The notes below the pieces were generated by a model, which ran no database searches, was not told where the DNA came from, and saw only the letters and a program-made list of their open reading frames with translations. Below, one piece after another: positions 41,121-50,887 of a stretch of 64,000 nucleotides of DNA (position 1 is its first letter; each line of letters opens with the position of its first letter). This DNA comes from Pirellulales bacterium. GTDB taxonomy: Bacteria; Planctomycetota; Planctomycetia; Pirellulales; JADZDJ01. The stretch covers positions 121,533-185,532 of the forward strand of contig CAVTYH010000009.1 of the NCBI GenBank assembly GCA_963738835.1, written 5' to 3'. Made by a program: the position numbers and the translations under genes.

Positions 41121-41350
41121 GTGCCCATCTACGAATACAATTGCCGACTTGTTCGAAAGACTTCGAACTGCTGGTGCGCGGCGGAGAGAAGCCGAGCTGT
41201 CCGGATTGCGGTTCGAGCCGGCTGGAAAAGCTTTTGAGTGTGCCGGCGGCCCATACCGGGTCCAGAAAATCGTTGCCGATTTGCGAAGCGCCCAATGGCA
41301 GTGGTTGTGGTCTGCCTCAATGTGGCGGCGGAAGCTGTGCGATGGAGTAA
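41121..41350 (+). CDS. FmdB-family zinc-ribbon protein (apparent frameshift at C-run ~41145)
   Basis: GTG-PIYEYNC then (P)TCSKDFELLV...CPDCGSSRLEKLLS. Adding one C in tgcc(c)gact restores the CxxC...CxxC pattern. Confidence 0.65.
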
Positions 41351-41493
41351 TCCACGCCTGTTTACGCTGAAGCCTGCGGTATAGCCGGTGGCAAACTGTC
41401 TCCAGAGATCGCCGCACGACTTGGAACCGCTTGGTTGTTATCCGGAGGACGCTACACATCCGTCTAACACGGACGGAGAAAACTCCTCGTGAC

Positions 41494-42532
41494 TTAAGGG
41501 AAAAGTGCGACCACGCCGCAGTAGCCGACGGCGGCCGTCGCGGCACCGCGCAAACTGAACGGAAACGGATCAAACATGTACGGCGCACAATCGCCGACTC
41601 GATACTCGCCCAGGTCGTAAATGCACTCGCATGGTGTTTCGATGCCCACGTGATATGGCAGCAGCGCCACATCGCCGAAGAAATGGGCGAACGAGGCCAC
41701 GTACTCCAACCCTGGTCCGTGCGAATGGCCGTAGCGTTCCAGCGCATTGTCATCAAAGTACAAAGGCTTGTGGCACAAGGCCGACGCTTTCCAGGTGTAC
41801 GTGGTCAGCTGCCAGCAGCGCGGCTGGAACGGATCGCTGGAGAGCGAACATTCCTCAGGAATATCGGTCCCTATGCGGCCAGCCACACCAATATCGATGC
41901 TCAGCTTATTTAGCGTAATGCTCTTGATCCGGTCGTACTCAATCTTGCAGTTCTCTTGCGCGGTGTGCTGCACCTGCTGCGGTTGATCGGGCATGCGCCT
42001 CTGGCCCAGGAATGAAAGGCTCGGTTTGATTGGTGGGAATCGTACGCTTCAGTGTTCCATTACGCAGCGGATCGGGCGGCATCAACTCGGCCGGTTCACG
42101 CTGAGTGGGTGTGGGATCGATTTGCAGCGTCGGCGGCGCCTCGCGGGTCGGCGGCGGAAGCGTGTCGATCATCTCCGGCTCGACTTTGGCCGCATCCGAC
42201 TTCATCTTGCGGCTTTGAACCGATTGCACGCTGTCGCCAAACGGGTCTGATGTGGCATTAGTCGATGTATCGCTGGCGCCGGCGGTCAAACGAATGCGCT
42301 TCGGCGGTGCAGGCACATCGTCGAAGACATCTTGCTCGTAGGTGGCGTTGCGGACCAACGAATCGTCAACCGACTTCGTAACCGGCGAATCGGTTCGCTC
42401 TGGTCGTACAGGTCTCCAGACAAGTTTCGGAGGCGCGCCGTTGTTCCAACCAAGATCGGCGGCAAGGGCAAATGTCGGTCCGATAGTAAACAGCAAAACT
42501 GCGGTAAGGCCAGCGGCGAACAGCCCCCCCAC
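41494..42532 (-). CDS. Hypothetical secreted Pro-rich protein with conserved Cys-rich C-terminal domain (apparent frameshift ~41997; start uncertain)
   Basis: GTG start at 42532 gives signal peptide MGGLFAAGLTAVLLFTIGPTFALA. The C-terminal ORF 41494-41994 has WKASALCHKPLYFDDNALERYGH...LPY, a pattern I recall from planctomycete hypotheticals. Confidence 0.45.
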
Positions 42533-42559
42533 CCCAGCCCTCTCCCGCCAGGGGAGAGG
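42524..42559 (-). repeat. REP1 copy (GGGAGAGGG..GGGGTGGGG type)
   Basis: The minus strand reads CCTCTCCCCTGGCGGGAGAGGGCTGGGGTGGGGGGG, between the guaB stop and the next gene start. Confidence 0.6.
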
Positions 42560-42569
42560 TAGTGATGAT

Positions 42570-44045
42570 TTAGTCGAGTGCTTCGCGATGTTCCGCGGTG
42601 TAATTTGGCGCTTCCTGCGTAATGGCGATGTCATGGGGATGGCTCTCCCGCACACTGGCGTGCGATACCTGAATGAATTGTGCGCTGCTTCGCAGCTCAT
42701 CGATATCCTTGGTCCCCAAGTAGCCCATGCCGGCTTTCAGGCCGCCGACCAACTGATACACAAACGTGCTCAGCGGTCCTTTGAAAGGTACGCGGCCTTC
42801 CACGCCTTCGGGCACTAGTTTGCTTGGTCCTCGCTCGGGTCCTTGGCGATATCGTTCGCTCGATCCTTTCACCATGGCGCCCAGGGAACCCATGCCCCGG
42901 TACACCTTGAACGTTCTTCCTTGATACAAAATCTGCTGGCCCGGACTTTCGGCGGTGCCGGCAAACAATCCGCCAATCATCACCACGCTGGCTCCGGCGG
43001 CAATCGCTTTGGTGATGTCGCCGGAGTAGCGAATGCCGCCATCGGCCACAATCGGCACACCAGCCGCGCTGGCCGCCTCGACCGCATCCATGATCGCCGT
43101 GATCTGCGGTACGCCCACTCCGGAAATCACCCGCGTGGTGCAAATGGAACCTGGCCCTATGCCCACTTTCACCGCGTCGGCTCCGGCCGAAATTAAATCG
43201 GCCGCTCCGGCTTTGGTCGCTACGTTGCCGGCAACCACGTCGATCTTCCACCGCTTTTTGATCGTGCGAACCGTCTCCATCACGTTGGCCGAATGGCCGT
43301 GGGCACTGTCGACCACCAGCACATCGACCGCTTTACCGATCAGGCTTTCGGCCCGTTCGTAATCGTGAACGCCCAGGGCGGCGCCCACCCGCAGTCTGCC
43401 CAGCTTGTCTTTGCAAGCCTGGGGGAACCGCTTCTGCATGTCGATGTCTTTGATGGTAATCAGGCCCGTCAGCGTATAATCTTCGTCAACCAGCAATAGT
43501 TTCTCGACCTTATTTGCCATCAAAATCTTCTCAGCTTCCGCAAGCGTCACAGTCCCTTGGGCGGTCACAAGCTTTTCGCGGGTCATGATTTCCGAGATCG
43601 GCGTCTCGCTCGATTCGAGAAATCGCATGTCTCGGCGGGTGATAATGCCGACCAGCTTTTTGTTGCTAGCAACAATCGGCACGCCGGAAATGTTCGATTG
43701 GTTCATCACCTCTCGGGCCTTTGCCACCGTTGCTGTCGGTGGCAGCGTCACCGGATCGAAGATGATACCATTGGCACTCCGCTTCACTTTGTCGACTTCT
43801 TCGGTCTGCTGAGGGATCGACATGTTCTTGTGAATCACCCCCAGCCCGCCTTCCTGCGCCAGCGCAATGGCCATGTCACTTTCGGTGACCGTATCCATCG
43901 GCGAGCTGAGGAGCGGAATATTGAGCCGAATGTTCCGCGTCAGCTGCGTGCCGACATTCACATCACTAGGCACGACTTCGCTAAAGCGCGGGACGAGCAG
44001 AACGTCGTCAAAGGTGATGGCTTGCGTGACAATCTTCTGTGCCAT
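42570..44045 (-). CDS. guaB: IMP dehydrogenase
   Basis: 491 aa. [10 protein letters not shown]-like start, CBS pair, and catalytic loop [11 protein letters not shown]. Confidence 0.95.
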   Translation of the reverse strand: MAQKIVTQAITFDDVLLVPRFSEVVPSDVNVGTQLTRNIRLNIPLLSSPMDTVTESDMAIALAQEGGLGVIHKNMSIPQQTEEVDKVKRSANGIIFDPVTLPPTATVAKAREVMNQSNISGVPIVASNKKLVGIITRRDMRFLESSETPISEIMTREKLVTAQGTVTLAEAEKILMANKVEKLLLVDEDYTLTGLITIKDIDMQKRFPQACKDKLGRLRVGAALGVHDYERAESLIGKAVDVLVVDSAHGHSANVMETVRTIKKRWKIDVVAGNVATKAGAADLISAGADAVKVGIGPGSICTTRVISGVGVPQITAIMDAVEAASAAGVPIVADGGIRYSGDITKAIAAGASVVMIGGLFAGTAESPGQQILYQGRTFKVYRGMGSLGAMVKGSSERYRQGPERGPSKLVPEGVEGRVPFKGPLSTFVYQLVGGLKAGMGYLGTKDIDELRSSAQFIQVSHASVRESHPHDIAITQEAPNYTAEHREALD

Positions 44046-44110
44046 ATTTCTGATTTGCGTTTGCCGATTTCTCTCTGATTCGGATTCGCTTCTTAGCCCC
44101 GGCCTTCAGC

Positions 44111-44158
44111 AGAGGGTTATGTCTCCCTCTTCCCTTGTGGGAGGGGCCGGGATGAGGG
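44111..44158 (+). repeat. REP1 copy
   Basis: CCCTCTTCCC-TTGT-GGGAGGGG-CCGGGATGAGGGT upstream of guaB, adjacent to the transposase relic. Confidence 0.55.
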
Positions 44159-44218
44159 TTTAAGCCCGACTGCTTATCAAGCTGCCAAAAGTGCAATCCG
44201 GCATTATTATCCTTATGC

Positions 44219-44359
44219 TTAATAATGACAATCGGCGACGCCAGTGCGAACCACATCCAAAATGGCGTCGATCCCGCGCCGTTCGATCGGACCTCGCCCG
44301 TGCGGGGCAGGTTTCGGCAGCAGCGGTCGAATCAATTGCCATTGCTCGTTATTCAAATC
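44219..44359 (-). mobile_element. Relic of an IS5/IS4-family transposase N-terminus (DUF4096-like), truncated
   Basis: The minus strand translates to DLNNEQWQLIRPLLPKPAPHGRGPIERRGIDAILDVVRTGVADCHY*. This matches the L.DEQW..I.PLLP....GRP......vl..ilyvlRTG pattern. There is no start codon and no DDE domain. Confidence 0.55.
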
Positions 44360-44378
44360 ACTTTTGTAACTGGCGCGC

Positions 44379-45308
44379 TCACGTCACCAACCCCTTCGTC
44401 ACCAGCATAAACACGTCTTCCAGCGTCGGGTCTTTGTCGTTGAAGCTTCGCATTTTCACGCCCTGGCGAGTCAGTTGATCCAGGAGCTGGGCCACACGCT
44501 GGTCGTCGGCTTCCAATTCCACGGTCACGCTGTGGTCTTCAATTTGCACCCCGCGGGTTTCGGGCAGGCTGCGGATGATCGAGAGGCCAGCGTCCATGCC
44601 GCCGTCCATGAATTTGATTTCGATCAGCCGGTTGCGATGGATGCGACGGTAGACTTCGGCAATCGGCCCGTGCATCAGCAGTTGGCCGCGTTCGATGATG
44701 CCGACCGACGTGCAGCAATCGGCCAGCTCGCTGAGGATGTGGCTGGAAATCAGAATCGTCTTGCCCATGCGGCGCAGCTCTTTTAAGAGCGCTTTGAATT
44801 CCATGCGCGCCCGCGGATCGAGGCCGCTGGAAGGCTCGTCGAGAATGAGCACCGGCGGATCGTGGACCAGAGTTTTCGCCAGGCACAGGCGTTGCTTCAT
44901 GCCTCGTGACAGACTGTTGACGAAATCGTCGCGCTTGTGCGTCAGGTCCAACAGTTCCAGCACGTCGCCGATCACTTGCTTACGCCGGCTGCGCGGAATC
45001 TGATAGGCCACGGCAAAGAAATCAAGAAACTCCCAGACTTTCATGCCGTCGTACACGCCGAAGTTATCGGGCATGTAGCCGACCACACGGCGCACACCCA
45101 ACGGATCGCGCGTCACACTATGTCCGGCCACCACGCCGTCGCCGCGCGTGGCTTTCAGCAGTGTGGCCAAAAAGCGAATGGTCGTGCTTTTGCCGGCGCC
45201 ATTGGGACCGATGAAGCCGAACAGCTCTCCCTTGCTGATGTGCAAGGTAAGGCCTTCGACCGCGGTAAAATCGCCGTATTGCTTACCGAAGTTGATAAGA
45301 TCGATCAT
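44379..45308 (-). CDS. ABC transporter ATP-binding protein (ABC-2/DrrA-like)
   Basis: Walker A GPNGAGKST, signature LSRGMKQRL, Walker B LILDEPSSGLD. No permease gene is adjacent. Confidence 0.85.
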   Translation of the reverse strand: MIDLINFGKQYGDFTAVEGLTLHISKGELFGFIGPNGAGKSTTIRFLATLLKATRGDGVVAGHSVTRDPLGVRRVVGYMPDNFGVYDGMKVWEFLDFFAVAYQIPRSRRKQVIGDVLELLDLTHKRDDFVNSLSRGMKQRLCLAKTLVHDPPVLILDEPSSGLDPRARMEFKALLKELRRMGKTILISSHILSELADCCTSVGIIERGQLLMHGPIAEVYRRIHRNRLIEIKFMDGGMDAGLSIIRSLPETRGVQIEDHSVTVELEADDQRVAQLLDQLTRQGVKMRSFNDKDPTLEDVFMLVTKGLVT

Positions 45309-45314
45309 AGAGCG

Positions 45315-45348
45315 GTCGTCGGTTGTCAGTTGTCAACGGTCAGTAGTG
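45315..45348 (-). repeat. Heptad-periodic TGA leader abutting the ABC ATPase start
   Basis: The coding strand reads CTACTGA CCGTTGA CAACTGA CAACCGA CGACCGCTCT-ATG. Three TGAs 7 nt apart fall in all three frames relative to the ATG. Confidence 0.65.
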
Positions 45349-45372
45349 GCAATTGGCGACGAGCTATCGAGT

Positions 45373-45394
45373 GTAGCGGCGGGGCTTGCCCCGC
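45373..45394 (+). repeat. GTAG-hairpin (REP-like) element
   Basis: GTGTAGCG-GCGGGGC-TT-GCCCCGC-G between the 855-aa gene stop and the ABC ATPase start. Confidence 0.5.
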
Positions 45395-45412
45395 GTTTGC
45401 ACCACGAGACGA

Positions 45413-47980
45413 TCACGATTCTGGCGCCGTCACCGCATCCACCGGGTCGGGTTCAGTGACATCGCGTTCGCCGCGGTCCGGAGCCACCTGCCGGCGGTTG
45501 TTAATATCTGGCGTGGCGGCATCAAGCGGCGGCGGTTGTAGGGTGCCCACCACTAGCGTGGCGCCGCGGCCGGTTTGCGAAGCGGCAGGATCGACGGCGA
45601 GGCCGGGCAACGGTCCTTCGATCATGGCAATCAGTCGCGTTTCTCCGTTTTCCAGCTTTTTCTCGCCGCGCACTAAATCAACCATATGGTCCAGGTTTAG
45701 CTTCGGCCCATGTTCGTCGCTGGTGGTGTTGATTTCGAACGACCACTTGGGCACCACCTCGCTGAATGTCTGCGGTCGCAAGAACGAGATTTTGGCGCCG
45801 CGGCCGGCGGGCAATTCGCCGATCCAGCCCAATTGATAATCGCCGTCGTCGGTACGGCGAATGACGGCGGCCCGAGTTAGCGTGTGTCTGGTGTGATTGG
45901 TGATTTCACCGCCACCCGGCTTGGCGATATAATCGATTGCTCCCCCCAGATCGATCATCTGCTCGCTGTGCAACATAGCGGTCGAGTTCGACGACACGGC
46001 AAAATCGCTCAGTTGCACCGCCGGATCGGAATGGTAGGTGACGGTGTCGTACGCCTGACCGGGGATGGGGGTAAAGTTGGGGTCCGCGGAAAAAGGCAGC
46101 ACGACCGTGCTCTGCTCCTCGGAGTTCACGTCGTACGTGGTTGAAAGCGACGTGTAGAGCGCCGTGTAGCGCGTCAGGTGCCCGCGTGGGTAACCGTTGT
46201 GCGTTTCGAGCACCGCCAGTTCGGTTTGCGAACGGGCAAAACCAATATCGAGCTGGGCGAGCTTGACGACGGCCGCCATGCCGCCAATGGCGATAATGGG
46301 CGCGGCAATCCACGCCCATTCCACACGGCCTAGGCCCCAAAATAAGAGCCAATTGAGCGGCACCAGCACGACGAGATACAAAATTAACACCCAGACGACG
46401 AATTCCGCGTTGGGAATGACAATGCCGGCGGCGTCTTGCAGCGAAACGCGAGCAGCGTTGGAGATTTCGCTGAAATCGTTCCAGGCAGCAACGCCGGGGC
46501 CAATGCTGGAGGTCGCGTCAAGTTCGAGCGGTAAGTCATCGGATGGAGGGGGGGTGCCGAACAGATTTCCCCGACGATTGTAAGCTTGTTGCTGGGAAGT
46601 TGTATCTTGTTCCCGATGTGGCAGCGGCGGAGTGAACCCGTCCGCATCGCTCCAGTCTCGACTGAAGTAACGCACTCGAGTCACCAGAGCAGGATCGCGA
46701 GCTCGGCTCGCAGCAGACTTCCAATTAACGCTGTATCCGGGCGGTTCGGGCGATTCGGAAAACGCGCGCGGTGGTCGTCGCAACAAGCAGGCGTTGAGGA
46801 ATCCGTCGAAACTCGGCCAGTTCAGCAGTTGACGCTCGCAGAGACGGAACGCCGTGACAACAATGCGGCCCCGCCCTACTTGCCGTTCGATCACCAACCC
46901 CGCCGTTTCGTCTAATGGTTTGGAACCAGGTTCCGGCTTGAGGGTGATGCCGCTCCAGGGATTGATGGGCGCCAATTGCCGCCCTGCGTCTGGCACCGTC
47001 CAGTATTTGCTCAAGGGCTTGAGCATCTCGGCGGTAATTTTCAGCGGCTCGCCCGGCAGCGCTGGCAAATACGGGCCCAGAAACGATGTGCCGCGCAATT
47101 GATCGAGACTCTTCGGCCCACTGATGATCAGTTGCCCGCCCCAGTGCAACCAATCGACCATCGCTTGTTGTTGCTCCGGCGAAAGCAATGCCGGATCGAC
47201 ATCGTCCCAGATGACATAAGCGATGCTGGTCCAGGCCATGGCGTTGGAGGGAATCGGCAGCGGTTTCACCAGCGGCGGCGCAATGACCTGATAGTAATTC
47301 AGCGCGTTTTCCAAATCGGGCGGTGCATTGAAAGAGAGACTGGCAGAGTGCGGCGCTTTGATGGCGTCGAATTTTTCCAGCGGCCGGTAACGATCGGCCT
47401 CGGCCCCCAGCACCACCAGGTTGTACTGATACGCTTTCATCAACTGCAGCGGCTCAGGCCCCGGCGTGGCGGCGATGCTGCCGCCGCGGCTGCGCAGCTC
47501 GCTGGCAAACCAGGCCTTGATGCGATCGCGCGGCACGAAAAACAGCAGCTCGAAGTATTTCGCCACGCCCTTGGCGAGCGGCGCCGGGCGGATGAACGCC
47601 AGCCGATGCGGCGTGCGCTCTAAATCTACCGGTTTGCCCAGGCCGTCTTCGCGAACTTCGCTGAAAATTTGGCCGACGAAATCGAAGTTGTTGGCCTTGG
47701 TCTCTTCGACGGCGGCCGTCCAGTGGCCCGGCTTCACGAGTTTGATTTTCGTCTCGTTCTCGCCCGTCTTCTGCGGCACGATGGATAGTTTGACCGACTC
47801 GAAATCGGGCTTGGGCTTCTCCTTTTTCTTCAGCTCCCTTTTTTCAAGAGCTTCGGGAGTCAAGTTTTCATCGCCCGGGTCTTCCGAACAGCCGCGGCAG
47901 CCCGGCAGCGTCAGCGTGACGCTGACCAGCAGGATGAGCCACCAGAACAGAAGCGATGAATTGGTAGTGCGACTGGCCAT
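45413..47980 (-). CDS. Large hypothetical lipoprotein with C-terminal transmembrane segments
   Basis: Start MASRTTNSSLLFWWLILLVSVTLTLPGC (lipobox-like). Contains WLHWGGQLIISGP (GldG/DUF4350-like flavour, weak). TM pair VVWVLILYLVVLVPLNWLLFWGL / WIAAPIIAIGGMAAVV. Confidence 0.5.
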   Translation of the reverse strand: MASRTTNSSLLFWWLILLVSVTLTLPGCRGCSEDPGDENLTPEALEKRELKKKEKPKPDFESVKLSIVPQKTGENETKIKLVKPGHWTAAVEETKANNFDFVGQIFSEVREDGLGKPVDLERTPHRLAFIRPAPLAKGVAKYFELLFFVPRDRIKAWFASELRSRGGSIAATPGPEPLQLMKAYQYNLVVLGAEADRYRPLEKFDAIKAPHSASLSFNAPPDLENALNYYQVIAPPLVKPLPIPSNAMAWTSIAYVIWDDVDPALLSPEQQQAMVDWLHWGGQLIISGPKSLDQLRGTSFLGPYLPALPGEPLKITAEMLKPLSKYWTVPDAGRQLAPINPWSGITLKPEPGSKPLDETAGLVIERQVGRGRIVVTAFRLCERQLLNWPSFDGFLNACLLRRPPRAFSESPEPPGYSVNWKSAASRARDPALVTRVRYFSRDWSDADGFTPPLPHREQDTTSQQQAYNRRGNLFGTPPPSDDLPLELDATSSIGPGVAAWNDFSEISNAARVSLQDAAGIVIPNAEFVVWVLILYLVVLVPLNWLLFWGLGRVEWAWIAAPIIAIGGMAAVVKLAQLDIGFARSQTELAVLETHNGYPRGHLTRYTALYTSLSTTYDVNSEEQSTVVLPFSADPNFTPIPGQAYDTVTYHSDPAVQLSDFAVSSNSTAMLHSEQMIDLGGAIDYIAKPGGGEITNHTRHTLTRAAVIRRTDDGDYQLGWIGELPAGRGAKISFLRPQTFSEVVPKWSFEINTTSDEHGPKLNLDHMVDLVRGEKKLENGETRLIAMIEGPLPGLAVDPAASQTGRGATLVVGTLQPPPLDAATPDINNRRQVAPDRGERDVTEPDPVDAVTAPES

Positions 47981-48161
47981 AGTCCGATTTTGGCGTTGAT
48001 CGCGAAGAAGCGCCGCCAAGATTGAGTGTATCGTGTGCCCCACCCAAATGAAACGCGCCAGCCGTAACGTGTCGAACTTGGTAGCTGGATTCGCAAGAAT
48101 TCAGCCCTGCACCTCGAATGACTTGCGATGCTAGCCACCGGCGCGGCCTGCGACTGCGGCG

Positions 48162-49442
48162 TTATGGCGTCGCACTTAGCCGCTTTAGAATTTCCCGGTG
48201 CAAGGCGGCCACAGGCTCGGGCTTGGGTTCGCCTAAAACGTTCCAGTGATCGAAGCCTAGCAGCGTGGTGTCAGAAACGCCGTCGAGCTTGCCGCGGGCC
48301 ACGCTCACAACACCGTCGCCCACTTCCACCGAATCGTCCAGATCGGTAATGGCACGCTCAAATGCCGGCCTGATGACCGAAAGAAACGCATCGGCCTGGC
48401 AGCACTTATCGAGAATCCGCCGGGCGTGATCCAATTCCGTGCGGGTGAACATGGTGCCGGTGCCCAGAAAAATCGTGTAATGAACATTGGCATTCCGCGG
48501 CCTGTCGTTCAGTTGTTTGAGGAACACGGAACCAGGTTTCAGATCGTTGCGGCCTTCCCCCAGGCCGTCTTCCAAACTGGAATACAAGTAATCGAGCACG
48601 TTGTGATCGTGGCTGCGAATGTAGTGTTCCCAAACGTCGCCGCTGAGCGTGATGTAGGCGCAACTGGTGCCGTGCGACGGCGGAGCAATCATAATCAGCT
48701 GGCTCACATTGCCCGGATCGAGCGCCGGGTTCTCGATTGCCTCTCGCGCCACGAGGCCGCCCATCGAGTGCGTGACGAGGACAATTCTTTGATTCGGGTG
48801 CTGCTTTTTGATTGAGGCCAGTTCGCTCGAGAGCAGCGATGCGGAATCGGGGATGGCTTGATCGTTCGGATAGCGGAATGTGCCGCAGATGTAGCCGGCG
48901 TCGCGAATGCTTTTCTGGAGAGCCGCCATGCGCTCGGGGCAGGAATTGTAGCCGTGAATGACGATGACCAGCGGGCGATCGGCAGCTTGATTGTTCACGG
49001 CATCGAGCTCGATGCCAAATTTCGTCGTCGGCCGGCTGTGTGAGCTGTTGAGGAGCTCCATCGCCACGGTTCGCACTTTGGCACGAACGCTCGACTCCCT
49101 CTCTCCATGGGAGAGGGTTGGGGTGAGGGTTTCCGGCTGTTGGGAGGTATTGCGATTTCCGACGCTGGCTTCAGCACCCTCGCCCTGCCCTCTCCCAAGG
49201 GGAGAGGGTTCAGCAATCGGAACCGGAATCTTCGCGGACGTGGCGGAAACTGTCGCCGACGAATTCGGCGGCGCGGCAGCAGTCAGTTCTTCACCAAATG
49301 AGCGGCCGGCAAGAGAAAATATCGCAGCGCAGAGAATTACGGCGACGGCGGAAAATGTAATTCGGCTGTGCGGCATTGGCCCATCCTTCCAGGACGCGAC
49401 GAATCGTGAACGGTTTGACTCCACGTGTGGGTATACTCTCAC
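48162..49442 (-). CDS. Secreted alpha/beta hydrolase (lipase/PGAP1-like)
   Basis: LVIVIHGYNS and nucleophile elbow THSMGG. The signal peptide starts from MPHSRITFSAVAVILCAAIF (alternative start 49376). The N-terminal linker is encoded by two REP1 copies. Confidence 0.7.
   Translation of the reverse strand: MRVYPHVESNRSRFVASWKDGPMPHSRITFSAVAVILCAAIFSLAGRSFGEELTAAAPPNSSATVSATSAKIPVPIAEPSPLGRGQGEGAEASVGNRNTSQQPETLTPTLSHGERESSVRAKVRTVAMELLNSSHSRPTTKFGIELDAVNNQAADRPLVIVIHGYNSCPERMAALQKSIRDAGYICGTFRYPNDQAIPDSASLLSSELASIKKQHPNQRIVLVTHSMGGLVAREAIENPALDPGNVSQLIMIAPPSHGTSCAYITLSGDVWEHYIRSHDHNVLDYLYSSLEDGLGEGRNDLKPGSVFLKQLNDRPRNANVHYTIFLGTGTMFTRTELDHARRILDKCCQADAFLSVIRPAFERAITDLDDSVEVGDGVVSVARGKLDGVSDTTLLGFDHWNVLGEPKPEPVAALHREILKRLSATP
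49095..49213. repeat. Inverted pair of REP1 copies inside the hydrolase ORF
   Basis: CTCCCTCTCTCC-ATGG-GAGAGGGTTGGGGTGAGGGT (plus orientation) and CACCCTCGCCCTGCCCTCTCCC-AAGG-GGAGAGGG (inverted). They are translated as ...TLTPTLSHGERE... and ...PSPLGRGQGEGA.... Confidence 0.65.
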
Positions 49443-49555
49443 GCGGCGAGAATTGTGTCGCCGCGGTAGGGCGGTCCGTCACAACTCATGGTAGCGAACG
49501 CGGATAAATTGGCAAGTTTCTCGGCAGCGGGACTCGTCGCCTCCCAAACGAGCGA

Positions 49556-50680
49556 CTACCAGCCGGCGCCCTTGATGTTTGTCTTGATGCGGGCCAGCTT
49601 GTTGTTCACGGTCATGTACAGCGTCGAGCCATCATCGCCCCAGGCGCAGTTCGAAATCGGATCGCTACTATCAGGATTGATCGTGCCGAAGTGCTTGCCA
49701 TCGGGAGTGAAAATGTGCAATCCGCCCGGACCGGTTGCCCAAAGATTGCCGTCTTTGTCGACTTTCATGCCATCGGGGTTGCCGATTTTGCCAGCTTTGG
49801 CCCACGCGGAGGCGTCGAAGAAGACTTTGCCTTTATCGACCGTGCCACCGTCTTGCACATCGAAGACCATCCACAAGGCGCGATCAGGGCCATCGCTGTT
49901 GGAGACGTATAGTTCCGTACCGTCTGGCGAAAGCGCGATGCCGTTGGGGCGCGTCATGTCTTTGGTGAGAAGGATAAGCTCGGTTCGAGGCGGCGTGGGA
50001 GCAACCGGACCGTCTTTCGTGGGAGCACCCAAGTACATTGATGGCTTGCCTTCAAATTGACGAAGAAGGAAAACACCACAGAAATCCAACTCACGTCGCG
50101 GATCATTTTCGTGCTTCGGTAAGCCGTAGATTGGATCCGTGAAATACAAGTTGCCCTTCGAATCGTAACACAAATCGTTCGGGCTGTTCAGGCGCTTGCC
50201 CTGATGGTTATCTGCAAGCGTTCGCTTGCCGCCATCTTTGGTGAGGACCGAGATGCGCCGATCGCCGTGCTCGCACTGCGTCAGCCGGCCTTGCGAATCG
50301 AACGTGTTGGCGTTGCTGCCCGGTTCGCGGCCGTAATCGACGATGCCGGTGTAGCCGGAGGGCTTCATGTACAGCGTCACCCCCTCGCCCTCTTTCCACT
50401 TCATCAGCGAGTTGCGGGGGATGTCGGAAAACAATAGGTAGCCACCGTCTTTTGCCCACACGGGCCCTTCGCACCATTCGAACCCTTCCGCCAGTTTTTC
50501 CATTTTGGCGTCGGGCGAAATCAACTTGTCGAACCGCGGGTCTTTGCTTTCCAATTTGCCGAACGTCGGATAGGGCTTGGCATGACTCTTGATCGGATTT
50601 TCGTCGGCGGCCATGGCAACTCCGTAAATAGATGCAAAAAGCGCGACGGTGAGCGCAGCGCAGTAACGGCGGATCAACAT
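49556..50680 (-). CDS. SMP-30/gluconolactonase/LRE-family protein, secreted
   Basis: Signal peptide MLIRRYCAALTVALFASIYGVAMA. Motifs EGPVW, LLFSDIP, NSPNDL, FTDP, RPNGIALSPD and PDGMKVD. Confidence 0.8.
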   Translation of the reverse strand: MLIRRYCAALTVALFASIYGVAMAADENPIKSHAKPYPTFGKLESKDPRFDKLISPDAKMEKLAEGFEWCEGPVWAKDGGYLLFSDIPRNSLMKWKEGEGVTLYMKPSGYTGIVDYGREPGSNANTFDSQGRLTQCEHGDRRISVLTKDGGKRTLADNHQGKRLNSPNDLCYDSKGNLYFTDPIYGLPKHENDPRRELDFCGVFLLRQFEGKPSMYLGAPTKDGPVAPTPPRTELILLTKDMTRPNGIALSPDGTELYVSNSDGPDRALWMVFDVQDGGTVDKGKVFFDASAWAKAGKIGNPDGMKVDKDGNLWATGPGGLHIFTPDGKHFGTINPDSSDPISNCAWGDDGSTLYMTVNNKLARIKTNIKGAGW

Positions 50681-50887
50681 AAAATCGGTTCCCTTGTGGC
50701 GTGGTGTGAATGGCCCGAATTTGAGTCGGACACAATGCCCGACATCTTAACCCGTGCGCCGCAGCGTTTCAAAGAAGCGAACTCGCCTCGCGCCATCATT
50801 TTGACTCTGCCGGGGTTTAGCGCGCCAAAGTCGAAAAAAAACAGTGATTTTCGAGGGTCCGCGAAGAGGTCTCCTGCCTCGTTGGCT

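Noticed and set aside
41939-42700. Full 253-aa ORF as annotated by the track, starting at 42700.
   Set aside because: Its first ~43 codons overlap the guaB 3' end and a REP1 copy. A GTG at 42532 gives a clean signal peptide, so the shorter start is preferred, with low confidence.
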